A stretch of DNA of 59,090 nucleotides, counting the filler, from Candidatus Omnitrophota bacterium (lineage in GTDB: Bacteria; Omnitrophota; Gorgyraeia; JAGLLT01), in the NCBI GenBank assembly GCA_023140385.1. It is 3 parts of 3 records of this genome, joined end to end, with 100 filler letters (N's around TTAATTAATTAA, not from the genome) between each part and the next. Parts side by side here need not be neighbours in the genome. Positions count along the whole stretch, not along the records: positions 52,923 to 59,090 come from JAGLLT010000007.1; 2 more parts are not named here. One strand, 5' to 3'. Numbering within the stretch: the stretch's first letter is position 1; every line of letters starts with the position of its first letter. The translations under genes and the position numbers were made by a program. The notes below the pieces were generated by a model. The model had not been told where the DNA came from and did not search any database. It saw only the letters and a program-made list of their open reading frames with translations. This document shows positions 56,967 through 59,090 of this stretch, in pieces.

Positions 56967-58022
56967 TCAAAAGGGAAACCGCACGGCGCCCTCTATCCAT
57001 TTGCCGCTTTTCTCCTTTTTCAATCTCAAAAATAACTCCCCGTTTTTAATGAATCTCTTCTTAAAGCAGACTTCAAAGCCCCCTCCTTTGCTGACGCTAT
57101 CCTTGACTTTAAAGGTGAGGTCGTTATTTTTATTAAAGAAAAAGGTACTTTCAAAAATAAAGGATTTGTATCTACCGCTTCTCTGGTTTAACTGAAAAGC
57201 CAACAGCAGATCCCTGCTTACCTTCCATTTCCCAAAAAATTCAATATCTCTCGTTATCCTCTTTTTTCTGTCCGCGGCAGTCCTGTACTCAATGCCTACC
57301 TGATACCTCAGCTTACCCTCAGCCGCCCTTTGATTAGGCGTCTTCATGCAGGCCCGAAAAGTAAAGGCTGATTTCTTAAAGCCTTTTAGCTGATAGACTA
57401 ATTTGCTTCCTTTTATCTGCCAGTTTCCTTTAAAAATAAGAGTTTTTGTTTCGTTTATTTTTGTTTTTAGGTTTTTCCTGACAAAACAGTAAATGAGCTG
57501 ATTATTACCGTTTACCTGCCAACCGCCCTCAAAGACCAACTTCCCCAGAGTTGAGCCCTCTTCTTTTTCCCTGCGGATCATCAAGACAAGGCGATTACTC
57601 TTATCCGCCTGCCAAAAACCTCGTAAGCGAATGTCGTTGAGCTGTTTTTTACCTGGGGTGATTCTCCTCCTCAATCTAAAGTTCAAACCTCTGGCGTCCA
57701 CTTTGACGATTTCACCCGTCAGGCTAAGCGTATCGCCAAAGACCTGATTACTTGAACTATCAAGAACTAACTTCAGATTGTGTTTTTTATCAAAGTTCCA
57801 CCTTCCCGAAAAGGTAATTTTGCGGCAAGACAACCCATCCCCTGCTTCTTTATCCTTTGAGCTTATATAATAACTAAGTTTATTTTTATCAGCTTTAAAA
57901 TAGCCTTTCACAACTCTCTTTTTTCTAAGCGGCGAGGTCAAAGCAAACGGCCTGCTTAAAACAAGGCGGTTTAACTCATCAACCTCATATCTAATCTTCT
58001 GAGAAACCTTTGTTTTTTTCAT
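56967..58022 (-). CDS. Highly basic beta-rich hypothetical protein with repeated (F/L)xGxW motifs
   Basis: 351-357 aa ORF on the operon strand. Confidence 0.75.
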   Translation of the reverse strand: MKKTKVSQKIRYEVDELNRLVLSRPFALTSPLRKKRVVKGYFKADKNKLSYYISSKDKEAGDGLSCRKITFSGRWNFDKKHNLKLVLDSSSNQVFGDTLSLTGEIVKVDARGLNFRLRRRITPGKKQLNDIRLRGFWQADKSNRLVLMIRREKEEGSTLGKLVFEGGWQVNGNNQLIYCFVRKNLKTKINETKTLIFKGNWQIKGSKLVYQLKGFKKSAFTFRACMKTPNQRAAEGKLRYQVGIEYRTAADRKKRITRDIEFFGKWKVSRDLLLAFQLNQRSGRYKSFIFESTFFFNKNNDLTFKVKDSVSKGGGFEVCFKKRFIKNGELFLRLKKEKSGKWIEGAVRFPF

Positions 58023-58044
58023 CCTTCCCGTTCTCCGCAAAAAA

Positions 58045-58112
58045 ATCCCGGAAGGCTCCGGGATCTAATCCCCCCTGCGTGTTTTCGCCAGAAAACAAGG
58101 GGGGGGATATAT
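58045..58112. repeat. Hairpin repeat, copy 1 (small hairpin plus ~44 bp CCCCCTGCGTGTTTTC...GAAAACAAG.GGGG unit)
   Basis: Matches 58425-58517. Confidence 0.85.
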
Positions 58113-58125
58113 GCTATGGTAACAA

Positions 58126-58401
58126 TCAACTAAAGTTATAATGTTTTCTTACAGCTTCTTTAATATCCCAAACACATTTAAGCCCTTTCGGAAAAACGAC
58201 CAAGTCGCCGGCTCCAAACTCAACCGCTTCATTTCCTTCAGGTTCAACCACAACACGGCCTTCTAAGAGATAACAGGTCTCGGCGCTGTCATAAAACCAG
58301 TCAAACCTCGAAACCTCCTTTTCCCACACCGGCCAGTTAAATACACCCATTTCATCAAGCCTCGCTTTATCAGGACTATGCTCAACCAACACCTTCTCCA
58401 T
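58126..58401 (-). CDS. Cupin (DUF861/EutQ-like)
   Basis: WPVWEKE..FDW.Y..ETCYLLEG, GDLVVFPKG. Confidence 0.9.
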   Translation of the reverse strand: MEKVLVEHSPDKARLDEMGVFNWPVWEKEVSRFDWFYDSAETCYLLEGRVVVEPEGNEAVEFGAGDLVVFPKGLKCVWDIKEAVRKHYNFS

Positions 58402-58424
58402 TTTCTTTTCTCCTCAATGAAGAC

Positions 58425-58517
58425 ATCCCGACGCTTCGGGATAAGTCTGCCTGCCTGCCGGTAGGCAGGAATTGATCCCCCCTGCGTGTTTTCTTCAGAA
58501 AACAAGAGGGGATATAT
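58425..58517. repeat. Hairpin repeat, copy 2, with an inserted CCTGCCTGCCGGTAGGCAGG palindrome
   Basis: atcccgacgcttcgggat, cctgcctgccggtaggcagg, atcccccctgcgtgttttcttcagaaaacaagaggggatata. Confidence 0.85.
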
Positions 58518-58566
58518 ATACATTAACCCCAAAGCTTGAGCTAAAAAGCACTCCGTTTCAAATCCC

Positions 58567-58595
58567 AGTATACTCTTACAGCATAGCTATGTCAA
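58567..58595 (-). promoter_or_regulatory. Sigma70 promoter TTGACA-17-TATACT
   Basis: -35 at 58590-58595, -10 at 58567-58572. Confidence 0.7.
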
Positions 58596-58610
58596 TGTAG
58601 AGATTTTCAG

Positions 58611-59018
58611 TTACCAAAATAACCATCCTAACAGGCGCACAGTTTTATAGTATACCTTCGCGAATTTAAACTTATCTCTTTCTAAAATAAGATAAAACTC
58701 CCTGTCAACTTCTTTACGGCTGATAAACGGCTTCACATCTTTACTGAATTGATAAAATATATCATGAATTAAAGAGGCATAGTATGTTTTACTTTTTCCT
58801 GTCTCAAAATTCAAAACAGCTTCCGGTATTCCAAAATAAATATCCTTTATCTTAATTTTAGGACTACAGCCGTCCCAGGCATACCCTCTTCTGTTCCTGC
58901 CTCTCACAGTTACAGTCCCATCCTTTTCTAACTTAAACCACTCATTTTCAAACTCGCGGTCTTTTATAAAAGATTTATGCGCGTAATCTTCGTTTATACA
59001 ATATATGTATACACTCAT
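58611..59018 (-). CDS. DUF1353-like protein
   Basis: GYAWDG.S, ASLIHD.FYQ, RKEVDREF, YYKTVRLLG. Confidence 0.65.
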   Translation of the reverse strand: MSVYIYCINEDYAHKSFIKDREFENEWFKLEKDGTVTVRGRNRRGYAWDGCSPKIKIKDIYFGIPEAVLNFETGKSKTYYASLIHDIFYQFSKDVKPFISRKEVDREFYLILERDKFKFAKVYYKTVRLLGWLFW

Positions 59019-59090
59019 ATTTACTTCCTTATTTTATTATTTAACTGGTTCATCTAAAAATGGATCATCAATTTCCAAAAGAAGTTCCCA

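Noticed and set aside
58263..58532. 89-aa minus-strand ORF
   Set aside because: Translates through palindromic repeats (PAYRQAG) and overlaps the cupin out of frame

Overview
Bacterial chromosomal window, genetic code 11, almost all genes on the minus strand. The gene content suggests a diderm PVC-like organism, most plausibly Ca. Omnitrophota (inference, not verified). Left end (1-14570): an apparent operon of an orphan ParA and a compact, fusion-rich type II secretion/type IV filament machine (PilM-PilN fusion, PilO-PilP/GspC-like fusion, secretin with C-terminal TPR, PilC/GspF, three pilins, PilB/GspE). It is followed directly by a signal-peptide-bearing, repeat-mosaic, fibre-like giant protein (>1611 aa, running off the window edge) that the ORF track misses. 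Next come housekeeping genes (proC-ileS-dksA-lspA-lgt-rluD). At 23.8-26.2 kb, directly after ftsA where ftsZ usually sits, lies an integrase-less integron cassette array with two canonical attC sites. Two of its cassettes are REP-associated tyrosine transposases (RAYTs) carrying in-frame REP pairs. Then follow the dcw cluster from mraZ to ftsA (no ftsZ, plus an unknown 66-69 aa gene between mraZ and rsmH), rnhA, a zinc-ribbon gene, tRNA-Val(CAC), tRNA-Ile2(CAT), two GT-C-like glycosyltransferases, rpoD-dnaG-NIF3, a nucleoside hydrolase, mtaB-rsmE-AMMECR1, membrane-anchored nuclease/OB-fold genes and several small repeat families. Two N-padded TTAATTAATTAA linkers are assembly joins.
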